A DNA stretch of 64,000 nt from Bacteroidota bacterium (GCA_947459415.1 CANHDN010000001.1:243-64242); one strand, 5' to 3'; positions 39,201 to 48,870 are shown, numbered from the stretch's first letter. Notes: generated by a model from the sequence alone, not told the origin. A program made the numbers and translations.

Positions 39201-40223
39201 ATGTTAAAAATATCTCATATCGAAGTCTATTTAAATTTGCCAGAAAAGCCATTACTTCTAGATGTAAGAAGCGAAGGTGAATTTAATCAAGGGCATATTC
39301 CTGGAGCTATTTCATTTCCAATTTTGAATAATGAAGAAAGAAAATTAGTTGGAACTTGTTACAAACAAAAAGGGCATAAGGAGGCTGTTTTATTGGGGTA
39401 TGAGTTAGTGGGACCAAAGTTTAGGTCTTATTTAACCCATGCTTACAAGCACTTTGAAGGACAAAAAATTTTTATTCATTGCTGGCGAGGAGGTTTAAGA
39501 AGCAGAATTATGGCTAATTTACTAAGTTCAGCTGGTTTTGATGTGACTGTTATTTCCGGTGGATATAAAACTTACCGAACAGTTGTGCTTGATTTTTTAA
39601 ATAGTAAGCTTCATTTACATGTTTTGGGAGGATTCACAGGTTGTGGAAAAACTGAAGTGTTAAAAGAGTTAGAATCGGCTGGTGCTCAAGTTATTGATAT
39701 AGAGCAATTGGCAAGTCATAAAGGTTCTGCATTTGGGGCTTTAGGTTTGCCACAACAGCCTACGCAAGAGCAATTTGAAAATAATATTCATGCACATTGC
39801 TTCCAATTTAATTTTGAAAAACCAATATGGGTAGAAGATGAAAGTAGGTTAATAGGAAAATTGCAAGTGCCACCTGGCATTTATCTTGGCATTAGAAATG
39901 GTTTTGTATATTTTTTAGATTATACCTTCGAAGATAGATTGGCTCATATCGTTGAAGAATATGGCACATTTGGGGTTGAAACCTTAATAGAAACTACTCT
40001 TAAACTTAAAAAGAGAATGGGAGACTTATTAAATAGGCAGGCCATTGAATCTTTGCATTCAGGAGATATGATGGCTTGGGCAACTTTGGTATTAAAGCAT
40101 TATGATAAGCAATACCAATTTGGATTTAGTAAGAGAACGGAAGGGAAGAGTGAAAAAATAAGCCTAAAACGAGATTCACTTATAAATTATTTAAATTCAA
40201 TTTCAAGTAAAAGTATCAATTAA
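39201..40223 (+). CDS. mnmH: tRNA 2-selenouridine synthase (rhodanese domain plus P-loop)
   Basis: Rhodanese active site HCWRGGLRSR and Walker A-like GGFTGCGKT. Approximately 340-aa MnmH/SelU architecture. Confidence 0.65.
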   Translation: MLKISHIEVYLNLPEKPLLLDVRSEGEFNQGHIPGAISFPILNNEERKLVGTCYKQKGHKEAVLLGYELVGPKFRSYLTHAYKHFEGQKIFIHCWRGGLRSRIMANLLSSAGFDVTVISGGYKTYRTVVLDFLNSKLHLHVLGGFTGCGKTEVLKELESAGAQVIDIEQLASHKGSAFGALGLPQQPTQEQFENNIHAHCFQFNFEKPIWVEDESRLIGKLQVPPGIYLGIRNGFVYFLDYTFEDRLAHIVEEYGTFGVETLIETTLKLKKRMGDLLNRQAIESLHSGDMMAWATLVLKHYDKQYQFGFSKRTEGKSEKISLKRDSLINYLNSISSKSIN

Positions 40224-40303
40224 AGTACATTATATTTGATAATTGCGTTTTTATTGTTCAAACAATTACACATGTTTTAAAGGTTATTTTTATAAATAAA
40301 TGA

Positions 40304-40311
40304 TATTTTTG
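40304..40311 (+). promoter_or_regulatory. candidate -7 promoter element (TATTTTTG)
   Basis: Matches TAnnTTTG, 21 nt upstream of the ATG at 40332. A short palindrome attgtt-ca-aacaat lies about 45 nt further upstream. Confidence 0.25.
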
Positions 40312-40331
40312 CAGTTTTAAAATTAATTATC

Positions 40332-41537
40332 ATGGCAGGAACTGAATATTATGGCGCAGAAGAGCGCAAAGAAATTAACGATGTATTAGAAACTGGAGTA
40401 TTTTTTAGGTTTAACCACGATGCCCAAAGAAATGGAATTTGGAAAGCCAAAGAATTTGAAGCCGAGGTTGCCAAATTAGTAGGAGCAAAACATGCGCATG
40501 CTGTTTCGAGCGGAAGTACTGCTGTTTCTTGTGCTTTAGCAGCAGCTGGAATTGGCGCTGGAGATGAAGTGATTGTTCCACCATTTACCTATATAGCTAG
40601 TGTTGAGGCTGTTATTTTCGCCGGCGCCTTGCCAGTATTTGCAGAAATTGATGAAACATTGTGTCTAAGTGCGGAAGGTATTAAAAAAGCGATAACTCCA
40701 AAAACCAAAGCAGTCTTGTTGGTTCACATGTGCGGTCAAATGGCCCAAATGGATGAGATAATGGCAGTAATTAAAGAACATAATTTAGTATTGGTTGAAG
40801 ATGCTGGGCAGGCCATGGCAGCTAGTTTTAAAGGGACTTCAACAGGTTTGTTTGGTGCTACTGGGTGTTATAGTTTTGATTTCTTTAAAATTGCTACTGC
40901 CGGTGAAGGTGGTGTTTTTGTTACTAATAGCGAAGAAGCATATAAATTAGCCGATAATTATTCAGACCATGGACATAGTCATTTGGGTAATAACCGTGGT
41001 ATGGAAACGCATCCAGTTTTAGGTTTTAATTACAGAATTTCAGAATTGCACGCTGCCATTGGTTTGGTTCAAACCAGAAGAGTGCCCATGATTAGAGAAA
41101 ATAACAATCGAATTAAATCTAAAATGATGCAAGAATTGGGCAAAATAACTGGAGTTACTTTTGCTACTATCCCTGATCCTAATGGCGACTCGGCCACCTT
41201 TTTAAATATGATGTTGCCAAACACAGAATTGGCTCAAAAAGTGGTTGATTCTTTTAATGCCAACGGCATTGCTGGTTTTAATTATTGGTATACCAATATG
41301 TACCATTTTATTAACCAGTGGGAGCATATTAAAGAAGGTAAAGTAGCTGCTAAAACCAATATTCAATTGCTGGGTGCGCCGCAAGATTACCAAAATTTAC
41401 ACTTGCCAAAAACGCAGGAAACCATTGGTCGCTTAATTTCTTTTGGTATTAAAGCATCTTGGACCGATGAAGAATTGGATAACTTACTTTCAAAAATGAG
41501 TGCGTCTATCAAAGAAGTTTTGGTTCAAACCGCCTAA
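40332..41537 (+). CDS. DegT/DnrJ/EryC1/StrS-family PLP-dependent sugar aminotransferase (KdnA-like candidate)
   Basis: Fold-type I aminotransferase pattern (HAVSSGSTAVSCALAA...DEVIVPPFTYIAS...CYSFDFFKIATAGEGG, with the PLP-lysine context). First gene of the Kdo-related cluster. Confidence 0.65.
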   Translation: MAGTEYYGAEERKEINDVLETGVFFRFNHDAQRNGIWKAKEFEAEVAKLVGAKHAHAVSSGSTAVSCALAAAGIGAGDEVIVPPFTYIASVEAVIFAGALPVFAEIDETLCLSAEGIKKAITPKTKAVLLVHMCGQMAQMDEIMAVIKEHNLVLVEDAGQAMAASFKGTSTGLFGATGCYSFDFFKIATAGEGGVFVTNSEEAYKLADNYSDHGHSHLGNNRGMETHPVLGFNYRISELHAAIGLVQTRRVPMIRENNNRIKSKMMQELGKITGVTFATIPDPNGDSATFLNMMLPNTELAQKVVDSFNANGIAGFNYWYTNMYHFINQWEHIKEGKVAAKTNIQLLGAPQDYQNLHLPKTQETIGRLISFGIKASWTDEELDNLLSKMSASIKEVLVQTA

Positions 41538-41542
41538 GAATA

Positions 41543-42625
41543 ATGATACATAAGAATTTTAAATCAATAGAAAAAACTGTTTTTGGTAGGGGTAGTTTTA
41601 AGCAATTGGCAGAAATTATTGCACCTAAGCGCGGGCTGAACCAAAAATATTTTGTTTATATAATAGATCAATACTTTAAAGGCAAAGAACTTGAGAATAG
41701 CTTGCAAGAACAAGCAGAAGATCTTATCTATTTTATTGACGTTGATCCACATGAACCAAGCACAGAGCAAATAGACACCTTAAGAGATGAAATTTTATCA
41801 ACAAAAGGATTGCCTGCTGGAGTAATTGGAATTGGTGGGGGTAGCATTATGGATATTGCTAAAGCTTTATCTTTAATGCTTTGCAATGAGGGTAAATCTG
41901 AGCAATACCAAGGGCTGAACCTAATTAAAAATCCGGGAGTGTATCATGTGGGAGTGCCTACCATTTCTGGAACTGGTGCTGAGTGCAGCATGACAGCGGT
42001 ATTAACAGGTCCGGTAAAAAAGCTTGGGTTAAAGTGTGAATGGACCATCTTTGATCAAGTGATTTTAGATTCTGAATTAACGGCAACTGTTCCGGTTGAT
42101 AAATGGTTTTATACCGGAATGGATACTTTTATTCATTGTATTGAAAGCCGAGATGGGATTTTAAATAATGCATATAGTATGGCTTATGGCGAGCAATCAT
42201 TAAAGCTATGTAGAGACATTTACTTAGGTGATCAAGCTGGTCAAAATCCAGAAAATGATGATAAACTAATGGTTGCTTCCTTAATGGGTGGTCTTAGTTT
42301 AACCTATTCAGAGGTTGGTGTTTGTCATGCCTTAAGTTATGGATTAGGGAAAATATTAGGCGAAAAACATTGCTATGCCAATTGTTTAGCCTTCCAGCAT
42401 TTATCTGATTTTTACCCAGAAGGGGTTGCAGAATTTAAGACTATGTTGAGTAAACATCAAATAACATTACCTCAAAATTTGAGTGCTCATTGGAGTGATG
42501 AAACAATAACAGCCATGGCACAAGTAGCTTATAATTTGCCTCATATGTGGAATCACGCATTGGGTTCAGATTGGCAAGAAAAAATGACTATTGAAAGAAT
42601 TGAAGGATTATTTAGAAGAATGTAA
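41543..42625 (+). CDS. iron-containing alcohol dehydrogenase / dehydroquinate-synthase-like superfamily oxidoreductase (KdnB-like candidate)
   Basis: Fe-ADH nucleotide-binding motif GIGGGSIMDIAKAL and metal-ligand His-containing C-terminal region (HALSYGLG, HCYANCLAF). Confidence 0.6.
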   Translation: MIHKNFKSIEKTVFGRGSFKQLAEIIAPKRGLNQKYFVYIIDQYFKGKELENSLQEQAEDLIYFIDVDPHEPSTEQIDTLRDEILSTKGLPAGVIGIGGGSIMDIAKALSLMLCNEGKSEQYQGLNLIKNPGVYHVGVPTISGTGAECSMTAVLTGPVKKLGLKCEWTIFDQVILDSELTATVPVDKWFYTGMDTFIHCIESRDGILNNAYSMAYGEQSLKLCRDIYLGDQAGQNPENDDKLMVASLMGGLSLTYSEVGVCHALSYGLGKILGEKHCYANCLAFQHLSDFYPEGVAEFKTMLSKHQITLPQNLSAHWSDETITAMAQVAYNLPHMWNHALGSDWQEKMTIERIEGLFRRM

Positions 42626-42636
42626 TACAAAATAAA

Positions 42637-43467
42637 ATGACAAAAATTGTAAAAGTTGGAGATATTGAATGTGGTTCAGATGAATTATTTCTCATCTCTG
42701 GTCCTTGCGTTATTGAAGATGAAATGACCATGATGAAGACTGCAGAAAAATTGAAAGAGGTTTCTGAACGTTTAAATATTAAGTTGATTTACAAGTCTTC
42801 CTTTCAAAAAGATAATCGCAGTTCATTAAAGTATTATGATGGTCCGGGGCTAGAGAAAGGACTTGCTTTATTATCTAAGATAAGGGATCAATTTGGTTTT
42901 CCTATTATCACTGATGTGCATTATCCAGAGCAAGCTACTGCAGCCGGAGAGGTGGTAGATGTGATTCAAATTCCAGCTTATTTGTGTATGCAAAGCACTT
43001 TACTGGTAGCTGCAGCAAAAACTGGCAAGGTAGTAAATATTAAACATGGTCAGTTTTTGGCACCTGATAATATGAAACATCCGGCAGCTAAATGTGTAGA
43101 GAGTGGCAATGACCAAATTATTTTAACCGAGCGAGGTTATACCTTTGGTTACAACGATTTAATTGTAGACCCAAGAAGCTTTTATCACCTCAGAAATATT
43201 GGCTATCCAGTAGTTTTTGATGTGACACATTGTGTACGTAAATATGGTATTCCAAGTGCTGATCCAAATGGTGGAATGCGCGAGTTTTTGCCAGTATTGA
43301 GTAGGGCAGGAGTGGCAGCTGGAGTAGACGGTATTTTTATTGAAACTCATCCAGATCCTGCTAAAGCTTTGTGTGATGCTGCCTCTCAACTATGTGTATA
43401 TGATTTGGAAGAGTTTTTAAAACCATTAATTGAAATTCATCAACTAGAGGTAAAATACAGGAACTAA
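42637..43467 (+). CDS. kdsA: 3-deoxy-8-phosphooctulonate (Kdo-8-P) synthase
   Basis: FLISGPCVIE...LIYKSSFQK(D)NRSS...IITDVH...VDVIQIPAYLCMQ is a typical KdsA/DAHP-synthase-I-beta fold. Confidence 0.85.
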   Translation: MTKIVKVGDIECGSDELFLISGPCVIEDEMTMMKTAEKLKEVSERLNIKLIYKSSFQKDNRSSLKYYDGPGLEKGLALLSKIRDQFGFPIITDVHYPEQATAAGEVVDVIQIPAYLCMQSTLLVAAAKTGKVVNIKHGQFLAPDNMKHPAAKCVESGNDQIILTERGYTFGYNDLIVDPRSFYHLRNIGYPVVFDVTHCVRKYGIPSADPNGGMREFLPVLSRAGVAAGVDGIFIETHPDPAKALCDAASQLCVYDLEEFLKPLIEIHQLEVKYRN

Positions 43468-43481
43468 TTTAACTGAAAGAC

Positions 43482-44123
43482 ATGAAAGGGAAAATCACTA
43501 TCTTGTTATGTTTTTTATATCTTACCAACTACGCCCAAACGAATGAGCAATTTTCACAAAGTGGTAAACTAAAACATCCGGTTTATTTGGGTTTAGGAAC
43601 TGGAGTTTTTGGTAAATATGGATTAATTGGAGCCTCTATGGGTGTTAAAGTATTTCCAAAAACACTCATTGAGTTAAATCTTGGTGTTGGTGGTTGGGGG
43701 TCTAAAGCAGGAATATCTATCACTGGTCCTTCATTTAAAAGAAATTGGTTTCCATCCATTGGTATTACCAGAAATTATGGTGCAAAGAATGTGCGTGTAA
43801 ATTCACAAATAACCTACAAAGGGGGTACCACTCCGATGGATTATGATCAAGGCTTAAATTATAATGATGTAAATGTATTGCACGTGGGTGTGCAAAGGCA
43901 GTGGATGAGTAAAAGGGGTAATCGCTTTGTTTTAGAAATGGGATATTCTTTTGCAATGAATGAACCTGCTGTATCGCTTGCTGTAGATGGCATCACATTT
44001 TATAATCAATTTATTCCGAAGGAAGATATAACATTCTCCAACCAACAAGCTAGGGTGCATCAAATTGTTTCACCTTCTGGTATCATGATTAATTTGGTTT
44101 ATCAATTTGGAATAGGAAAATAA
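43482..44123 (+). CDS. hypothetical small outer-membrane beta-barrel protein (paralog 1)
   Basis: Signal peptide. Shares a GxxxKYGLIG motif with the next gene. Approximately 190-aa mature length. Confidence 0.45.
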   Translation: MKGKITILLCFLYLTNYAQTNEQFSQSGKLKHPVYLGLGTGVFGKYGLIGASMGVKVFPKTLIELNLGVGGWGSKAGISITGPSFKRNWFPSIGITRNYGAKNVRVNSQITYKGGTTPMDYDQGLNYNDVNVLHVGVQRQWMSKRGNRFVLEMGYSFAMNEPAVSLAVDGITFYNQFIPKEDITFSNQQARVHQIVSPSGIMINLVYQFGIGK

Positions 44124-44131
44124 ATAATTAA

Positions 44132-44797
44132 ATGAAAGCAACGATGATAAAATCAGTAAGAGTTTTTCTAGCAATACTATTGTTTGTTGGATCAACCCAT
44201 GAAAGTATGGCGCAATATGAAAGGCCCCGTTATGCAGAAAGCAATGATTTGAAAAAACGCAATACTTTTATTAGTATTGGTTCAGGTATGCATTATAAAT
44301 ATGGCCTAATTGGATTAGGTGTTGGAATGATGTTAAATGACAATGTGTTAGGAGAACTGAATGTAGGTTTAGGAGCTTATGGATTTAAATCTGGTTTTAC
44401 AGCAGTTTTTAATGCAGGTTCAAATAAAAAATGGCGTCCTACTTTAGGATTTAGCAGGGCTTCGGGTGGTGAAAATTTAAAGTTAGATATTGAAGTAATT
44501 CACCAATTGAATAATCATACCATTAATACAGGTGTAGACTTATCTCCAGCCTATGTGATCATTCCCGGATTTCAGCGGGTCATTCTATTTAGGAATGGAA
44601 GCAATTTTGCTTTTGATCTTGGAATCGCAATTGGTTTAAATACGCCCACCCATGCATTTACTGAAGATGCTGTAATAATTGATGGGAGTTTGGTGTCAAC
44701 TAAGGCATTAGAGTTTTCCTCCATTCAGAAAAATACTTTTAGACTGTTACAACCAAATGGCTTAAAACTAGGTATGAGTTTTAATTTTGGTCTTTGA
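44132..44797 (+). CDS. hypothetical small outer-membrane beta-barrel protein (paralog 2)
   Basis: Signal peptide. GMHYKYGLIGLGVGMM region parallels GVFGKYGLIGASMGVK of the upstream gene. Ends in an aromatic residue-rich C-terminus (SFNFGL). Confidence 0.45.
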   Translation: MKATMIKSVRVFLAILLFVGSTHESMAQYERPRYAESNDLKKRNTFISIGSGMHYKYGLIGLGVGMMLNDNVLGELNVGLGAYGFKSGFTAVFNAGSNKKWRPTLGFSRASGGENLKLDIEVIHQLNNHTINTGVDLSPAYVIIPGFQRVILFRNGSNFAFDLGIAIGLNTPTHAFTEDAVIIDGSLVSTKALEFSSIQKNTFRLLQPNGLKLGMSFNFGL

Positions 44798-44877
44798 TAA
44801 AATGAGTCTTGTTTTGAATATTTTAGACTAAATCCTTATTTTCGTCCGCATTACACACAATTGACTAATTAATAAAA

Positions 44878-45888
44878 ATGGAATTATACTTAGATTCAGC
44901 AAACCTGAAAGAAATTGAAGAAGGCTTTAAATTAGGCTTTTTAAACGGATTAACCACTACGCCAACTTTTATGCAGCGCGAGGGTATTACCGATATTGAT
45001 GGCATGATTGTAAAGCTATCTAAAATGGTGCCTGTTCTGCAAATAGAAGCTTTGGGCGATACAGCAGAAGATGTTTTAAAAGAAGCTCAAAGACAATTAG
45101 CATTAGGGCTAGATCCTAAAAAAACAGTGTTTAAAATACCAGTTTCTTTAGAAGGTGTTCGCGCTTGTAAATTATTGCGCAACGAAGGTTTATTGGTAAA
45201 TGTACACTTGGTTTATACTTTACAGCAAGCTTATATGGCCATGCAAGCAGGTGCTACTTATGTTTGTCCGCTTGTGGGTAGGTTGCAAGATCAGGGACAT
45301 GATGCCCTAGATTTAGTTTCTCAAATTGTGGATGCTGTAGATCATTATGGTTACGATACCAAAGTGATGTTTTCTTCTGTAAGAACATTAGAACATGTTA
45401 GAAATGCTTTAAATCTGGGTGTTCATACCATTACAGTGCCTCTAAAAATAATGAAACAATTGACTGAAAACCATTTCACAACAGTAGGTACAGATCAATT
45501 TATCAGAGATACGCGTTTAATGACTGTTAGGGTAAAAGAAGCGATTAATTCTGTTAATCCAATTATAAGTGCAGATACAAATTTGGCTGATGCCATTGTT
45601 AAAATGACAGAATTTGGATTTGGTGCTATTACGGTGGTAAATCAAGATGGTAGCTTAAAAGGTGTGTTTACAGATGGAGATTTAAGAAGAAAAATTCAAT
45701 CAGAAGGTAGAGATGTTTTAAGCCAGAAAATGGGAGATTTTACCTATAATAATGCCATCTCCATTGATGCAAATGCATTGTTAAACGACGCCGCTACTGT
45801 ATTTAAGGCAACCAAGGTTGATACCATATTGGTAGTTGATAATGGTAAACCAATTGGAATGATAGACATTCAAGATTTAGAATCTTAA
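44878..45888 (+). CDS. fusion of Fsa/TalC-type class-I aldolase (transaldolase family) with a C-terminal CBS-domain pair
   Basis: N-terminus MELYLDSANLKEIEE...GLTTTP and Schiff-base lysine context VFKIPVSLEGV match, as I recall them, E. coli FsaA (MELYLDT...VVKVP). The C-terminal approximately 120 aa form two CBS motifs (GFGAITVVNQDGSLKGVFTDGDLRR, VDTILVVDNGKPIGMIDIQDL). Confidence 0.6.
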   Translation: MELYLDSANLKEIEEGFKLGFLNGLTTTPTFMQREGITDIDGMIVKLSKMVPVLQIEALGDTAEDVLKEAQRQLALGLDPKKTVFKIPVSLEGVRACKLLRNEGLLVNVHLVYTLQQAYMAMQAGATYVCPLVGRLQDQGHDALDLVSQIVDAVDHYGYDTKVMFSSVRTLEHVRNALNLGVHTITVPLKIMKQLTENHFTTVGTDQFIRDTRLMTVRVKEAINSVNPIISADTNLADAIVKMTEFGFGAITVVNQDGSLKGVFTDGDLRRKIQSEGRDVLSQKMGDFTYNNAISIDANALLNDAATVFKATKVDTILVVDNGKPIGMIDIQDLES

Positions 45889-45909
45889 TTCCAATTTTGA
45901 TATATTATA

Positions 45910-45947
45910 AATAGGTCGTGCTATGTTTAGTACGACCTATTTTAGTT
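45910..45947 (+). terminator. terminator-like hairpin after the Fsa-CBS gene
   Basis: 9-bp stem ataggtcgt (45911-45919) / acgacctat (45932-45940), with a 12-nt loop, followed by a T-rich tract. Confidence 0.4.
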
Positions 45948-45964
45948 AAAGCACAAATTAATTT

Positions 45965-46675
45965 ATGGCACATTCAATACAAGAACTCGAAGCTATTTTT
46001 ACACAATTAGGTGCAAAGTTTATTACACCAATTTCAGAGATTGATCGCAAGCTTACACATATTAAAGCATTTGTCTTTGATTGGGATGGTGTTTTTAACA
46101 ATGGTGTAAAAAATGAAAATAAGAGCAGTAATTTTAATGAAATAGATAGTATGGGAACCAACATGCTTCGTTTTAGCTATTTCTTAAAATACGGCAGCTT
46201 GCCTCATACTGCTATTATTTCTGGAGAGAAAAATGAAATGGCTTTTTATTTTTCTGAACGCGAACATGTAGATGCCTGTTATTTTAAAGTGGCAGATAAA
46301 ACCATCGCTTTAGCTCATTTTTGCGCATTGAAAGGGATTAAGCCAAATGAGGTTTGTTATGTATTTGATGATGTATTAGATGTTAGTTTGGCCGAAATAT
46401 GTGGTCTGAGAATTTTGATTGGCAGGGCATCAAATCCATTATTCAACCAATATTTAATTACCCATCAATTTGTAGATTATTTGACAGCTCAATCAAGTGG
46501 TGGATTTGCAGTGAGAGAATCTAGTGAGCTTTTAATGGGATTGAATGGAAACTTTGATACATGTATTACTGAACGTAAAAATTTTTCTCAGACGTATAAA
46601 GATTATTTAGGTAAAAGGCAGTCTATTATTGTTCCTTTTTATACAGTAGAGAACGAACATATCATACCTGCATAG
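45965..46675 (+). CDS. HAD-superfamily phosphatase, KdsC-like (Kdo-8-phosphate phosphatase candidate)
   Basis: Motif I FVFDWDGVFNNG (compare KdsC DxDGVxTDG) and motif IV-like FDDVLDVS. Confidence 0.55.
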   Translation: MAHSIQELEAIFTQLGAKFITPISEIDRKLTHIKAFVFDWDGVFNNGVKNENKSSNFNEIDSMGTNMLRFSYFLKYGSLPHTAIISGEKNEMAFYFSEREHVDACYFKVADKTIALAHFCALKGIKPNEVCYVFDDVLDVSLAEICGLRILIGRASNPLFNQYLITHQFVDYLTAQSSGGFAVRESSELLMGLNGNFDTCITERKNFSQTYKDYLGKRQSIIVPFYTVENEHIIPA

Positions 46676-46680
46676 GTAGT

Positions 46681-48786
46681 TTATTCTTTATTTTTTAAGT
46701 AATCAAAAGTGTTTTCTTGGGCACTTAATGCGCCTATTTGATGGGATGTATTACAATAATTTAAATCACTTAATCCGTCTATTTTTCTGGCTTTTTTTGA
46801 ATCATTCCATTGCAGATTGAAAATGTCTGTAATTTTCTTTTGGTTTTCTTTGTCATATATGGGAAAGGCACATTCAATTCTATTAACTAGGTTCCTCGTC
46901 ATCCAATCTGCTGATGATAAATAAAATTTTTCGTTTGAATTATTACAAAAAATAAAGAGACGGGCATGCTCTAAAAAACGATCAATGATACTTTTAACCT
47001 CAATATTTTGACTACTTCCTGGAACATTTGGAACAAGACAACAAATTCCACGCACAATTAACTGAATATTTACTCCTGCATTGCTGGCTTCATATAACTT
47101 TTGAATAATATCTGTATCAACCAAAGAGTTCATTTTAGCTTTTATAAATGCTGGTTTTCCATCCTTTGCATTTTTAGTTTCCTGGTCTATGAATTGAATG
47201 AGCTGTTTTTTCATATAATCTGGAGCAACTAATAAATGTTTGTATCCACCTCTTTTTAGGTTTACAAAAAGTAAATCAGCTAAGGCATCAAGTTCTTCCG
47301 TAATTCTTTTGTCTTTGGTAAATAAGCAAAAGTCGCTATACATTTTTGCTGTAACACCATTATAGTTTCCGGTAGAAAGGTGAGCATATTTAACTAGTTC
47401 CTTATCTTCTTTTCGGTAAATTAAGCACATTTTGGCATGCACTTTCTGACCTGGTTTCCCGAAGTGTACCAATGCACCTGCCTCTTGTAATTGATTGGTC
47501 CAATAAATATTTGATTCCTCATCAAATCTGGCTTGGAGTTCCATTAGAACGATTACTTTTTTTCCATTCTTAACTGCATTAATGAGGGCGTTAACCACAT
47601 TGCTATGTTTGGCTACTCGATATAAGGTAATCATGATAGTAGAAACCTTAGGATCAATGGCCGATTCTCTTAATAGTCTTATCAGGTAATCAAAACTTTG
47701 ATAGGGTTGATGAAGCAATACATCTTTTTTAGATATTGCCTCAAACATCGTTTGGCTGTTGTCTAAAAAACTTACTGGTAATTGAACCAATGCTTTAAAA
47801 TAGTTTTCTGGCTTACCAACCCTTGGGAAATCCATGAAGTCTTTAAAATTATGATACCTACCACCCGGAATTAGATTTACATTCTTTAGTTCTAATTTTT
47901 GGGTGATTAAAGATAACATATCTTTTGGCATGGTTTCATCATAAACAAATCTAGTCGGAATTCCCTTGGATCTTTGTTTGAGACTCTTTTGTATTTTATC
48001 TAAAAAATTAACTTGATAATCATTTTCATCTTTTGTAATTTCATACTCAGCATCTCGTGTAATTTTAATGATGTATGATTCAAATTCTTGATAATCAAAA
48101 ATGGAGAAGATTCTTTTAAAATTGAGGCGAATGATGTTTTCTAGGAGAATAATATGCGCGCCTTCCTCGCTCATGGGTAGCGTGTAAAAGCGGTTAATAA
48201 TTCCTGTTGGAATCTCAATAATGGCATGTTTGGGTTCCATAAAACTCAAACTTTTTTTCATTCGAACTGCTAAATAAATACTTCGATCTCTTAGGTGTGG
48301 AATGTGTTTTAAATCATCAATAATTACAGGAAATAACTGATTAATAATATTGGCTTTAAAGTATTGTTGAACCAATGCTGCCTCGCTCTCAGAAACTTGA
48401 TTTTCTTCAATTAAAAATATTTTTTCTTTATTTAATTGAGGTAAAACCTTGTTCTCATAAATATCAGTAAACTTATCTTGTAAAATTAAAACCGTCCTCT
48501 GAATTTCAGACAATATTTCATCTGGAGATGATTGAAATTCTGATATTGCTTTTTTACCATTTACCTTTTGTAAACGTCTTATTTGAGCTACTCGTACTCT
48601 AAAGAACTCATCTAAATTAGAGGAGAAAATGGCTAAGAATTTAATGCGTTCCATGAGCGGGTTATCTGGGTTTTCGGCTTCTTGTAAAACCCTTCCATTA
48701 AAGTTTAACCAGCTAATTTCTCTATCTTTAAATAAATAACCTTTTCTTTCTTTAATCATTCTACCAAAACTAAGCGATATGTGCAA
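46681..48786 (-). CDS. ppk1: polyphosphate kinase 1
   Basis: N-domain FLAIFSSNLDEFFRVRVA and the PLD-like HxK-containing C-domains. About 690 aa. Probable start at the Met near 48759. Confidence 0.85.
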   Translation of the reverse strand: MHISLSFGRMIKERKGYLFKDREISWLNFNGRVLQEAENPDNPLMERIKFLAIFSSNLDEFFRVRVAQIRRLQKVNGKKAISEFQSSPDEILSEIQRTVLILQDKFTDIYENKVLPQLNKEKIFLIEENQVSESEAALVQQYFKANIINQLFPVIIDDLKHIPHLRDRSIYLAVRMKKSLSFMEPKHAIIEIPTGIINRFYTLPMSEEGAHIILLENIIRLNFKRIFSIFDYQEFESYIIKITRDAEYEITKDENDYQVNFLDKIQKSLKQRSKGIPTRFVYDETMPKDMLSLITQKLELKNVNLIPGGRYHNFKDFMDFPRVGKPENYFKALVQLPVSFLDNSQTMFEAISKKDVLLHQPYQSFDYLIRLLRESAIDPKVSTIMITLYRVAKHSNVVNALINAVKNGKKVIVLMELQARFDEESNIYWTNQLQEAGALVHFGKPGQKVHAKMCLIYRKEDKELVKYAHLSTGNYNGVTAKMYSDFCLFTKDKRITEELDALADLLFVNLKRGGYKHLLVAPDYMKKQLIQFIDQETKNAKDGKPAFIKAKMNSLVDTDIIQKLYEASNAGVNIQLIVRGICCLVPNVPGSSQNIEVKSIIDRFLEHARLFIFCNNSNEKFYLSSADWMTRNLVNRIECAFPIYDKENQKKITDIFNLQWNDSKKARKIDGLSDLNYCNTSHQIGALSAQENTFDYLKNKE

Positions 48787-48870
48787 TAATTACAGTTGTA
48801 ATAATCAACTTTTAAGGTAAAGAAATTGTTAATTGTAGTCTAATTACCTATTATTTTTTAACTTTTTTTA

